In this document: one piece after another, positions 38,105-63,818 of the stretch
Position numbering within the stretch: position 1 is the stretch's first letter
Layout of the letters: each line of letters starts with the position of its first letter
Assembly (NCBI RefSeq): GCF_964204865.1
Contig: NC_135256.1
Location: 6,200,001 to 6,264,000, forward strand
Direction: 5' to 3'
Length of the DNA stretch: 64,000 bases
Source of the DNA: Styela clava
Lineage: Eukaryota
Program-made: the position numbers and the translations under genes
Notes under the pieces: generated by a model
Database searches by the model: none
What the model saw: only the letters and a program-made list of their open reading frames with translations
What the model was told of the DNA's origin: nothing

Positions 38105-39084
38105 TCACTTTTCTTTATAAAAATATGCTGCAAATCGTTCATTCCAATATTCATATGAAGTCATTCTTTTTTCATTCTTTATATTTTTATCTGAAACTGA
38201 ATCTTCAAATTCTAATTCAGATAACAAAACGTCATCGATAACAAAACGTCATCATCAACAAAACCAAAATACGCAAGACATCTTCGAACTTGTGATATTT
38301 TACTCGATTCAGTCGGCAAAATGACCCGATGTACAGTAGACTTCAGTCTTTTTCAGCACCAAAACTGTAACATGTCACCAATATTGAGGAGAGCTGTCCC
38401 TGGGATGGGAAGAGCATCAATAAATTCGCCACTTGGGGTTTGGACTTGAAGCCCCCCCAAATCATCTTGGAATAGAATCGTTAATGAGCCTATATCAGAA
38501 TGCTCGCAACAACGTAATTGCTTTTCCTTTAACATAACACCAGCGAGTGGTGGATAGTGTAAAAGCTTGAGAAGAGTTTGATTTCCTTTTTTACCAATCA
38601 AGTTATGACATTTGTAAAATAAATCTTTATTTTTGAGCTTCATCCCTCTACCAAGATCTTTGAAAATCCTCAGAGTCAAAGTTTTGCATAATTTTTTCAT
38701 TGTATCGACTGTATGATTTAGATTTTCAATGTCAGGCCATTCATTAAACTCTGATCAGGACGGTAATCGAAGGCCTTCCACAAAAACTGCAGGCCGTTCT
38801 AAGTTTGCATTTGCACTCCCAATTGGGCTGTAACATACTCCAACGCTTTTCGAGCAAAATTTCATTTTGTATTCCAGTGAAGTTGCAAAAAAATCATCGG
38901 ACACTTTATTCACTTCATTGATAACTTGATCTGGTACGCCATGATTTGTAATGTACGCAAATCCTGATGTTGAAAATGCTTTAAATAACTTTTTCCCAAT
39001 TTCAATAAATGAAGATTCCTCAATTTCATTGTCTTTTGCATACATCAGCCCGCATTTTTGAAAATCAATTATCGGGATTTCCAT
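38105..39084 (-). pseudogene. Pseudogene copy of the 2OG-Fe(II) dioxygenase
   Basis: Colinear with 35276-36238. TCA>TGA at 38757-55, GGA>TGA at 38355-53, and a 17-bp tandem duplication gataacaaaacgtcatc (38220-38253) causing a frameshift. Confidence 0.92.
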
Positions 39085-39653
39085 TTTAAAATATTTTGAA
39101 CAAAAAATAGAAAAATCTAAAAGTGCAGATGAATATAACTGTGAATATATGGAAAGATAAGCAATAAGACAATTATACTCGTGACGTCCGATTGTCGAAA
39201 TACTAAATGAAAAAGTATATAGAACCGCAATCTAAAAACGTCATCATTGAATTCCTTGGGAAAAAATAATCCGATTTACCCAAGCAAAAAATTTTCTACT
39301 GTGGCATTTTGAACAAAAAACGGCAATTTTGGTCATGTGACGGGTGCGATTAATTTAGATTAGTATCGAGACAAGAATGGCACGATATGACACATCTGCC
39401 GTTGTGCCAGAGGACCCTCGTTTGTGAGACACATGGAGTGTTTGTTTCATTGAACCAAATGTCGGGACAATCTTGGAATTATGATAGTGTGCTGTACTGT
39501 GTGGAGGCTATTCTTGCAATTGGTGGACTGTAGTGTACCACCATGTTTATTAATTTAACTCGAATATCAACAAAATTACTACAGTTCTAGACTGTAGACT
39601 AGTTAAAGCCGTAATGTGATCATTCTTACAACACTCTGACACTATATTACGGG

Positions 39654-40172
39654 TCTTACTACTTACTGAATACAGCGCGAAGAGCGCGGAAGAGAGGGAA
39701 ACGGCGCAGAAGAGATGGAGACATTTTTCTTTCATTATTTATTAGCGTCCGTTAAATTTTAAACAATTTGATGGGAAACAGTATACAGTGGTAGGGAATG
39801 ATCACAAGTTTATATCAGTAATCTTCAACATCTTTAAATAACCTAACATGACGCACTCTAACCTCTGAACCTGGTATACATACTGTCTTCAGGTGCGCCA
39901 TCTTGGTGCACATACTTCTGGAGCTCCAAAATTTCTTTGATCTTGCCCATTGGTGTGCTCATATTGCGTCATGTTAGGTTATTTAAAGACAGAAAGATTA
40001 CTGATATAAACACGTGATCATTCGCTACTACTGTATACTGTTTCGCATCAAATTGTTTAAAATTTCACGGACGCTAATAAATAATGAAGGAAAAATGTTT
40101 TCCTCTCTCTCTCTCTTCTGCAGTTTCGCGCTCTTTCCCTCTCTTCTGCGCTGTATTCAATTAGTAGTAAGA
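39654..40172. repeat. Foldback element: about 200-bp inverted arms around a MITE-A fragment
   Basis: 39654-39855 is an imperfect reverse complement of 39965-40172. Confidence 0.85.
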
Positions 40173-40676
40173 TCGCTACATCTGTATATTCTGATATTAC
40201 AGTACAGCTGTAGCCTGTAGGCCTGTCAGATTTTTCTTCAATAATAAATAAAAATAATAATACTGGAAATCATCGCATACTGACATACCCGTACTCTGCA
40301 TACAGATATGACCAACATAACAATTCAAATATGAAATACTGAACAGTTGTATTCGTATTCTGGTATCTGGGTATTGCTGTATTCAGGTATTGTAGCAGAT
40401 TCCAGGATTCATAGTAAATTTAAAATCTCATCACTCATGTAGAGATGTAACCAATCTGTCAACCTACTCAATCATATATCCCATTTCAGCATTTGCTGTC
40501 AGATTATTTTTCAATAATAAATAATGATATAAACCATCAGCTACAGATATGACCAACATAACAATTTAAATATGAAATACTGAACAGTTGCATCGGTATC
40601 GTTTGGAATGTCATCAATCATGTAACCAATCTGTCAATCATATAACAGTAATGGTATCTGTATGTGTGCCAAAATG

Positions 40677-40850
40677 TCAATCAATCAATCAATTTTATTT
40701 GGTCACTCTGATACAAACAAACCAACAACAAAGGGCAAACAAAATACAGAGGACCTGGAGGACGGGCATAACTTAATATTAAAGTTAAATATGTACAAGT
40801 ACGTGCCCGTCCCCCAAAAACAGTCAAAACACAAAAAAAAAAAAAAACAC
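40677..40850 (-). mobile_element. 3' end of retroelement, same family as 3290-3460
   Basis: (TCAA)n tail, ttttatt, and gaggacctggaggacgggcataac..cgtgcccgtcccc shared with the 3290 copy. Confidence 0.65.
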
Positions 40851-41270
40851 GATGTGACATCGGGCAATATCTTATAAATTCAAATTTGAATGTGAGACGT
40901 GTATGTGCTTTTCCTACAGATATATGGTTTAAAAAAACTCGCTGCCGAAAAATGGTGATGCTGTAGGCCTAGTTCAATTACGTTGCAAAAGTAACACAGT
41001 GACAAATTTTTTATACTAAAAAACAAGCTAAGTAAATGGATTGAATGTTCCATAGCAAGCAGTCTATGCACAAATCGTGGATTGGGGTGTTGGGTTCTTC
41101 CGGTCATTTACAATTAGATCTTAATTTACTTCAGACAGTATCAGGAAATAGTAAACGAAATATGAATAGCGTAGGTATCATTGTCGTATATAACATCGGA
41201 ACAAGTAGATATCGCAGCGGTATAAAAAGAAGTTTAAAACAACATACGGCGCCGGAAAATAGCACAAAGT

Positions 41271-41483
41271 TTTTTTTTTTTTTTTTTGCCAAATAAATTC
41301 CAATGCCAAACGGAATTTTCGTATATTAATTTTATTGTCGAATTAGTATAATTTGCACCCAATTAAAACAATTTCATAATTTCAAAACACATTGCCCACA
41401 AGTTCAATAATATATGTAACAATTAAAATATAAAACCATACCATTACCGGAGTTTTGTACCATATATAGTCCAATTTATATTC
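41271..41483 (-). mobile_element. Poly(A)-tailed 5'-truncated retro-insertion with 12-bp TSD
   Basis: T18 run at 41270-41287, TSD atagcacaaagt (41259-70 and 41484-95), empty site at 37372-37383. Confidence 0.85.
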
Positions 41484-41606
41484 ATAGCACAAAGTGAATT
41501 CTTGTCCCACGTGAAAGGCGGGATCTCGTGTCGTGAAATATGACACCTCGACTCAGCCAAGCGTGACGTAGAATATTGATGAACTTTGTTGAAGTGGGCT
41601 CAGGTT

Positions 41607-43461
41607 CAGTGGTTATCAATCTCTCTATGGACCTTTCCCCGAGCATCGACTTCCTTGTTTACTTCGTGACATTGGCCAATCAGCAAGATGCAAAAAGTGA
41701 CGTAACAATGCCCCCTTTTCGCATCCGCTCAGACACTTTTCTCACTCAGACAGATTTTCAAGCGTGGATGTAAACATTACCTCGTTTTCGCGTTTTTGAA
41801 CTTTATTCGTTAGTTTTCAGTTGTGTTTCGGAAACTCAAATATAAATCAGATAATTCAATGATCACTCTGTCTTCCTAGAAGTTTAAATTTAATTGCAGT
41901 AATAAAAGTTAGTGTAGAAATAGATGTGATAGACTAGCCTGAAATTCTTTACCGGTTCTTTTAAAAAACAGATTGTTGTATGCGATGAATCATAATGATG
42001 GTTTGAGACACATACCCCAATTTACAGGCGCCAACTCGCAAAAGCACTCTTAAAATAGCCCCGAAAATTTTGCAATGGTAAAGTATGGGAAGAATTTTTC
42101 GGGTGTCAAAGGTCGGGGAAAGGTCCATACCGGTTGACCGGTAAAATTAAATTAAATGTATTCGCGGACCGGCAAAAAATTGAAATGACCGGAACCTGAA
42201 AGAATAACATATATTTGCATAATTCAATGCAATGTCGAGCACTCAACATCCCAAAAAAAACACGAAGAGAAACTATCAAATAATGTGCCGGTCAAAAATT
42301 GAAATGGGTGAAACATAAAATGATACCATATATTTGCGCAATGAAATGCAGTGTTGGGCACCCAGTATGCGTATGAAAGGCGCTCATAAAATATCTCACA
42401 TAAAAAACATTTACCGGTACATTTACATTCCTCATTAACTCCAGTGAGAATTTTGCTGTTTTTTTTTTTTTCAATATAGGATTGCAAGCGAGGCCCCAAA
42501 CAAGTTTCTAAAACAGGTAGCTTTGCAGCGGCATGCAACCGATTTTTTTTTTTTTTTGCATAACGCAGTAACTGGTTTGAAAACACGGACAACAGATCAC
42601 AATTTTATTCAAGCTTTTTCTTTTTCATCGGGTTCATCATATTAATCATTCTGCAGTTGATCGACGCTTCAAACGAAATGAATTACCCCTCGCATTTTGG
42701 CAGGTTCGAATCCCATCCGGTGATAGTTATGTGCGAGAGGATTGCTCGACACCTCGACGCTGTAGGGTAGTTCATGTAACCGCTGGCCGCGTACGGCTAC
42801 CTTCACCATCAAGACCCTGCTTCCGAAAACAAAGAACTGGCTAACTAATCCCATGCCCGACCTGGACTGGTAACCGGACGAGAGGCCGTGGTTCGCCATA
42901 TGATTAAGCCGTCTTATCGGATTTCTTCTACCCCAGGATAAAATATATCCTATCCTATCCGTTACAATGACGAAGTCGTCGTTAACTTGGCACCAGGCTT
43001 AAAATCTTTCGTGCTCAAAATACTGGAAAAGATCTATGCGGACTATGCTTTTTTGCGCGACTCTTGACAAACTGCAGGGTTGCAACAAGTTCAAATCTCA
43101 CTGGAATATTATACTGTTCTTGACTGTTTTCTGGTTTAAACAAAGAAATCTGCATAACGTTTTATATGTATGGACATGTCAATCAGGAAAAGCACGCAGA
43201 ACAGAAAAAAGCACGCTTGTCGATTATTAGGTTTGTGAATCTTGCGAGATTCGAAGGAGCGTATTCGCGATTAATCGGAGTCGAAAAAGCGAAAAGAGTG
43301 ATTAGTCAGCGCCAAGATGTCGCAATATGACGGCGGAAGAGAAATTGCGTAATAAAGTAACGCAACCTCGTCTTCAGTAAAGAGATTGAGACGGCATAAA
43401 AAAACGAAATTTCTCGCGGACCGACAAAACAGCTTCGCGGACCGGCGGTTTGGAACCACTG
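41607..43461. mobile_element. Non-autonomous hAT-like element with nested SINE (about 42690-42960, +)
   Basis: Termini cagtggtt and aaccactg; 8-bp TSD ctcaggtt/ctctattt versus empty site ctctagtt at 37486-93. Confidence 0.8.
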
Positions 43462-43475
43462 CTCTATTTCACATC

Positions 43476-43675
43476 ACACAACACAATTTTATTTCGATCT
43501 TACGTCCACAACACATAAACGAATAATAATAAAAAAAACACAGACAATGACGACAGAGAGATCCGGAAAAGGGCAAAAACTAGAAAAAGGTTTATAGCAA
43601 ACGCTGTAACAAGCGTTTTAAACATTTGTTGTATCGTAGTAGTATATATTTACGGTTATATCATGTCATTCATTG
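43476..43675 (-). mobile_element. Short retroelement 3' fragment
   Basis: Minus strand ends AATAAAattgtgttgtgt; TSD ttcacatc/ttcatatc; absent from the paralogous site at about 37492-37499. Confidence 0.6.
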
Positions 43676-44935
43676 TTCATATCTAGAGCATGAATCCCCG
43701 AAAATTCATATAATAGAAATTCGGTCAATTTCAATTTTACTAATAATTATTTTTAACCCCGACAAGACTTCATCGGACACTCCCAGATGTAACGAAACAT
43801 GGCAATAACCATTGTTTGTGGTCAAAATCCGTACCGAGTCCAAAAATTTATGGCCAAATCGACGACTAACGGCCAAATTAAGTCTTTCGAACAACACAAA
43901 TAAATTTTTCCGTCTGGAAACACTCGTTGATTGGCAAAGAGCCGAGCTGTGAGCGAGATTGTTATAAATATATGGTAGCCTAAAATTTGCTTAACAGTTA
44001 TCGAATTAAATAATTATTACGAATTAATTGATAATAAATGTCAACTTTTAGGGTTCCTGTACATTTGAACCCAAGTACATTTGAACCCACGACAATTGCA
44101 CCTGCATACTATTGCACCTATAGAACTTTTTTTGTTATGCGGATATTTGAACCCATACTAACTCTAACCCATGGGTTTTAGCACCCACATATAGATTGAA
44201 CCCGCGGATATACACATGAGTTTAAATGTACGATCACCAATTTTAGAAATCTTGTAAAATAAAACGCACCGTAGTTGTTTGCATTTGGTGCTGTAAATGA
44301 AAATAATAAACCTATAAATGTTTAATTTCGTCTTTGATTTATGGAGCATTTGCATTGAAAAACAGATTCAAGAAACAATTCTTTGATTATTTCGGTAACA
44401 ATGACAAATCAACAGAAAGTCAGCGCTGACCTAATAATCGTAATTTTTCAAGCCTCTCAGACACTTCGTTCGCCCAGACAGATATTCAATAATGGTTGTA
44501 AACATTGCCCCACTTTTGCGGTTTTGCGTGTTATTTGTCAGTTTTCATTTGCGTCAACTCCTTAGATTGCAATCGTAAAATAAGCACACAAGAAAGAATT
44601 TTTCTGGGGTAAGGATCACGGAAACATCCATAGCTCGATTTAGCCTTGTTAGAATAGTTTATAGTTATTTTTCAAAAAATATATTGTATAGCTATAGACA
44701 ATTTCACAACGTCGACCAACGACTAACATACCGACGTCGACGGAATAACGGCTCATGCATTTTCATTTTAATTTAAGTTTAATTGAGGCATTACTCGCTT
44801 TCAAAAATACATTTATAATTTTCTCCACAATTTTTAAGAAAAAAAAATTGAAATGTCAACCCATTCCTAGAGCCATTCTGAAGATTTTGATTTCATCACG
44901 CTTGACCGCGTGTGACATTCCGCCCTAGCTTTAGT

Positions 44936-44949
44936 ATCTCTATAGCAAC
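44936..44949 (+). promoter_or_regulatory. RFX X-box
   Basis: ATCTCTATAGCAAC fits RTHNYYWTRRNRAC, ending 22 bp upstream of ATG 44971; GC box ccgccc at about 44920. Confidence 0.6.
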
Positions 44950-44970
44950 ATGTTACGCTTTTAGTTGACC

Positions 44971-47900
44971 ATGGCCTCTTCCAGAAGTGTTTCTTCGTCT
45001 TGTTCGCGACCATATACTTACCCTGGGTCACCAGATACCTTGAAAATATTTACAGAACATGGCCTTCTTGAACGACCAAAGACCCATGCTGTCGATTTCT
45101 TGTCTTACATGCTGTCAAAAACCTCATTGGAGACTCAAAAAATAACTCATTCACAGATTCAAGGTTTGTACATGTACTACTCAATCACATTGTCTATTTA
45201 AAAGTTTTTTAGGTAAATTATAATCATAGGAGTCAGAAATGCTTGGGTGGATAGTTACAGTCATATTGGAATGTTTTTCGCGAGTTGCTGGGTTACTGTA
45301 TATTTCCATACAATTTACGCTTCTATTACAGTATTAAGTTATTAATTCTTGAATGTGAATGAATGCACCTTTTTTAAACTAAGGAAAAGGTTCAGCGTTT
45401 AGTGTGAGTTTAAATAAATAATGCTATAACCTGGTGACGTGCCTTCATTTTCCTATTCTAAACGTGACTGTTCCAGTATCCTCGATAACGTTTTAGTTAC
45501 TTATTTTTTGTTAGAATTATTTGTGTTAGAACCAAATTTATGATTTTTTTAATATGACTGTTTATTTATCATAACTGGCTAATTACTGATATCCTGAAGT
45601 AGACAAAGGTGATCAATTTTTATTTATGCAGATGCCGGGGAAAAACTGTATCAAAAAAAGATTGATAAATTTGACCAAGAGAAGAAACAAGCAGTTTTGG
45701 AAGCCGTTCATGAAACACAGAGACTTGCTGATGAAAACTTGAAAAAGGCAAGTTTCTGGTATACACAATGCGCAACACAAAATAGTACGTTGTAGCTTTC
45801 TGGCACACAACTCTGCTTATGCGAATCAGTATATTTGTACTGAAATATTATTATAATTAAACTGGCCAAGCTGTCAAATTTACACAACTACCCACATGCC
45901 GAATAATTTCAGAAATCTCCCAGATTCAGTCAAATTGCTTTAAACATTTTTTAATACTTCTGAAGTATGCGCACCAAGATGGCGCACAACCTGAACTTCA
46001 GGTTGTGCGACATCTTGGTGCGCATACTTCAGGAGTATCAAAAAATGTTTAAAACAGTTTGACTGAATTTGGGAGATTTCTGTTTTCCACAAATTCAGCA
46101 GCCTGATTCATGTCCCCTGGTAGTTTCTCAGATCCCTTCAGTTGATTTTAAAAATAGGGATAACTGGAGTCTATGGTGTTTGATATAGTATGCGAAGCAT
46201 ATTCACAATTTTCATTATATTCGGCAAGAGTCAATTTTACAAAGAGTGCTTTGCTTGAATTGGGAACAAAATTATTGCTCAGAATCTTTTCTGATGACCC
46301 CAAAAGGTCATGTTTGCATATTTTGTGTGTTGACGAATGGAATAAACTCTCTTTTCTTACTTTTTATTGTGGTCAACAATCTTCTCATTTTCAGGAACTT
46401 GCTTTAGCTTCAGAGAAAGCAGAAATCGAGAAAGAGGATGCAGTTGAAGCTTTGAAGCATTACAATGAAAGAGTGGCTGCAAGAACAGACAGAAACCGAG
46501 GGAAAATCGAACAGGAAAGAGAAGAAAAACTCATCTTGAGATTGAACGAAGAGAAAAAGAAAGCACTTGCTGAGCAATGGAAACTCGCTGAAAAGTAATA
46601 ATCAGTTTTTTTTAAAAATCACATTTGACAGTCACATGTATATCATCAACTGCTGTTAGACATATCCTAACATGCATTGTATATTCAATCGGGTTTATTA
46701 TTAGGCATGTCCGATGTTATAACATCTTGATTTCACAACTATGTACAAAATTTATTTTTAAATTGTTATTTTGAGCATTTGAAGCCTCACTGTAAAACCA
46801 AACAACTTATCTGAAAACTGTAATAAATAGAAAACCAATCAAATCATGAATTATCTAACTCTCCTACAATATCAAACACAAACTGATTGCACAGGCATTA
46901 CCTTTACATGTTATTTGTTGAACAATTTAAAATTCATACTCGAAAATATCATTTTAAAATGTATTTGGGATTCTGAATTATTCAATTTTGGCTATTTCTT
47001 AATTTGCTGTAGATGTTCACATGCAGCTATAAAAATATGAAAGATTTCCCCATTTAACAATTGTGTCTATCAGCATCATCTGCTGATTCGCTACATCATG
47101 AGAAAGTAACGCCAGTGAAAGCCATTCGAGTACATGATTCATGTCAGACAAGACAAAAATAAAAAGTCCACCCACTATCACAGATTTTATTTATGCATAT
47201 ATCCAGAATAACTTCCTACTAGCAAAATAAAAAAAATTTTTGTCAAATATTAGAGAAGTTAAGAGCATTTTGAAAATTTGCCATTATTCATAAACGAGAC
47301 ATTCAATAAGTATTGAATATTACTTACTGGCCATCAATTATTAAATAAAATGCAGCTCATTCCTTCAGTAATCTAAAAACATTATGGGTGTAGACAGGAA
47401 CAGTTATATTTTTCATTGCAGATTGAAGGCAGAGGCAATTGAAAGAGTTCTGACCGAGCAAAGGAGGAGTCTTCGAGCAGAGGCAGCATTGCAAAGGTAC
47501 GATTTTCATGCTCAATTTAAAGTTGATAACATTATAAGACATATCCGTGCCACAGAGGTTTTATCATAATGTTATTTCTAATAAAAGGCGAAATTTTTCT
47601 GTTTTTTTCTGTTACCTCGCCAAATCTGAAAGATTTAAATCTTTGTCAAAGGCTATTATTACATCGAATTTTTATGTGGTTCTCCTGGACTATTTATTTA
47701 CTATTAAATACTTTCACACCATCATTTTAAACTAAGTCAATGTAAAATAAAATATTTTCGAGCAAACTGGAATCATTTTCTCATTTTTTGTATCTTAAAT
47801 GTTGGTTCATTCTTAATCTATTGTGCTAATTGAAAAGTGATTTATAATTTAGATCTTTATGCTTAAACCATCCTTCAATACTAACTTAACAGGGAGAAAG

Positions 47901-48521
47901 CCATTGCAGATGCTCTCCGTATAGCTAGAGAAAAGTTCAACAATAAATTGCACAATGAAGTTGAGAAAACAAAACGATTTTGTGAAAAAATAATGCAAGA
48001 TGAAATCAGGAAGATACAGGATCTACATCAAGTTGAAGTTATAAGAATGCGAGAAAGGTAAGATTCATTTTTTAATCCAATCTCACAGAAATATTTAGCA
48101 GATAAATAGAATCTGATAATGTAACTACAACCAGCCATCCCCACAGGAAGATTAAATTTTTTTGACATTCAAAAATACTTAACTGCCCTGTATTGCTACC
48201 TTATTCATTGTCAACAATCTGGAAGTGGCAATAATAATAACCGATCTTTACAGAATTGCAGCAGTTGAAAGGCAACTTGAGGTACAAATGGACAAGATGC
48301 GAAGAGCACAGAGAGATTACTGGGAAATGGAAAACGAGTATTGTAATTTCCTCGACTATACATCAAAAGTTGACGAGTGTCCATCCGGATTTCTGATTGC
48401 ACCAAAGAAAAGGCAGCATGGTAAAGGAGACAGCAACCGTGATCAGAATGTACAAACCAGATTGATCTCTCTCGATCAAGGAACCAAAACAGTACAAACT
48501 GATTTACAGATTAGATTATAA
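44971..48521 (+). CDS. Coiled-coil protein, C6orf163-like, 338 aa, 6 exons (44971-45163, 45632-45747, 46395-46594, 47422-47496, 47893-48057, 48254-48521)
   Basis: Phases are consistent (1017 nt) using a GC donor at 45748. E/K/R-rich coiled coil. N-terminal ITHSQIQDAGEKL and C-terminal EYCNFLDYT..GFLIAPKKR resemble C6orf163 as recalled from memory (not database-verified). Confidence 0.75.
45910..46082. repeat. 173-bp palindrome centred on a mini MITE-A
   Basis: cagaaatctcccagattcagtcaaa..ctgaagtatgcgcaccaagatg / catcttggtgcgcatacttcag..tttgactgaatttgggagatttctg. Confidence 0.85.
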
Positions 48522-48639
48522 GCAGTGATGAGATTTTAAACCGCAAGAACAGGTTTCCTTTTGTATCGAATTCACAATCACTTCGCTGATTTCGGAAAAC
48601 GTATTTACGTATCGACCTAAGCCACAATACCATGCTTAA

Positions 48640-49312
48640 CCCTTTCCATGCGATTTTTATTTTTTATTAAATAATCAAATTTGCTACGCCGATTTTATGC
48701 ATTTGTACCCCCACAACTAATCGATCGACTAACGAAAAACTAATGATCCTCTGCTGCCTACTGACGGCTCGTTGGAAAACTTATTTAAAGAGCTTGCAAT
48801 TGGCGATTAAAAAAAAAAGTTTTTTTAAAAGTGGTGGACTGAGTCACAAACCGGATAGAAAAAAGGCATTTTTTTTCTTGGGAGTTGAAACTTCAAACCG
48901 TGATAAAAAATAGAAATATTTGCTAAATCCTTTACTGTTACCGCTTCGTGGTTGGCAGACAATAGCATAATATTGCTGTAGCAATTTCGTGATCCAACTC
49001 AAAATACTTTGGTAGATGGAAGGGATAATATGTCTTCTATCACCACCCAAAAAAAACCGAAATTTGCATAAGTTTCAAAAACACTCCCTCGTTCCGCCGC
49101 AAATAACATTCCTGTCGTAAACGAAAGCGAGATTTACCGTCGCTTATGTTAATCTCGAAGAAGACTTCTTATCAATAAACTAGAACTCGGAAAAACTAGA
49201 CCAACAGTTTGCGACCGATTGCTAAATAAAACAGTGGAGTACATCAACGTACCCGCCGCAATCTAGCGACTTTTGTCGTGGGTACGTATACGTGCCCACC
49301 ACTCGATAAGGG
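48640..49312. mobile_element. piggyBac-like non-autonomous element
   Basis: TTAA|CCCTT..AAGGG|TTAA boundaries and subterminal palindrome gtgggtacgtatacgtgcccac; the TIR match is short. Confidence 0.55.
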
Positions 49313-50817
49313 TTAACATAAATCTAAAACATGACTTCCAAAACGCAAAATATAACTCTAGCCATCAGCTATGGTTGTCTAAAACAAATTGATTATCGCG
49401 ACATACCGAGAATGGGTTTGCACAAACATCCTGAATTCCACTACTGATAATATTCCTATGCTTGAATTAAGATGTTCATATGCAGAACATGAGCCCAATT
49501 CAAGTCGGTCTGTTGTGTCAGAAGTTGCATGCGCAACGAAACTAGAATCACAATGTCACTGCCCAGTTTCTTGCATCATGAAATAGGGCTGTGGGACTGG
49601 AAATATGCATGAAAGTCTGATATTTCAACTCTGTAAGACTCCAGCTCAGACTCTAAGGTTTTGTATCCTTTATCTTTGAAAAAAAAAACATCGATTTTCA
49701 GGATTAAGTCCCACTCAGTTTGTTCGAACCTTCATTCAGTTTTTATTTTTGTTGTTTTACAAAGATGTCATTCTTTGAGCATGCATGTGCAGCAAAAGTA
49801 ACCATATAGAAGGCACATCGACATAGTTAGTCCTGCACAAATGCTGTTGTCAAGCTTATTTTTTCGAAATTTCCATTTAGAACTATTTTAATTTTAGAAC
49901 TTGCACTATTTTATTATTTCACATTTGTGCCAACTTGCCACATAGCAATATATGATATATTGATAAAAGTGTGACTGAACAATTCTTTATTGGTAGGGCA
50001 TTTGTATCGATGTCTTGTTCGTATGAGGAAAAAGTTTACTACCAGAAACAACCAGCTTTAAAATTTCAGAATTCTTACAAAAACATGAAGAGCATACGTG
50101 CATATCCAAGGAATTTTATTATACAATTGGTCAAATTGGAAGCATAAGCTGAAGCCAAAAAGAGTTCTCGTTATCAGAATTGGCAACATAGATTTCAGGG
50201 TAGTAGAAAAATGGTATCACGTTGTGCTAGGCAGCAACCAGGGAAAAATCTGTGAAGAGTTAGCGTCAGACTACCCATTAAATACTTGAACAGGTAATCT
50301 GGTAAAATACCTGTTGTCCAGAATATTACACGTTTCGTCTTCTCAAGAATAAATGAACATAAAAAAATCCTGTCACACCCTGTCCAAGAAGATAGGCCGA
50401 GCCACCATGTGCAATGTCGCTGGCAGGTAAAAGTGTTACATATGACATTCGCAAGTGAAGTTTATTTTACTACCAAAGGAGTGTCATCGCATATATAAGA
50501 CCAACAACAATGTTACAAGTCTAACATAGCACAAAATTATAGGAAACGGCAGGTTCTGGTTTTTTGAACAGTTTTTTTTGGTCCAATAATATAAGACTCT
50601 ACAATTTCCCAATGTCATAGCAATGATATCAAAATGAACACAAAGAGTATATCCGTGCCGAGACAGTCTCATAAATCGGTTGCAGCGATCTCTTTTCAGG
50701 TGTAATCATTCTTATATCAAAGATTACGCAGAGGCGAGAAAGTCAACAGGGATTTCATTTCGCAGCTTTTTTCAAACATTAGAAAATTTGTCTGCATAGA
50801 CAACGTTGAACTTTGAA

Positions 50818-63818
<13,001 letters not shown>

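Noticed and set aside
38105-39084. Two in-frame TGA codons in the second 2OG gene read as selenocysteine or readthrough
   Set aside because: They align to Ser (TCA) and Gly (GGA), not Cys. A 17-bp frameshift is also present and no SECIS is visible downstream, so this is an ordinary pseudogene.
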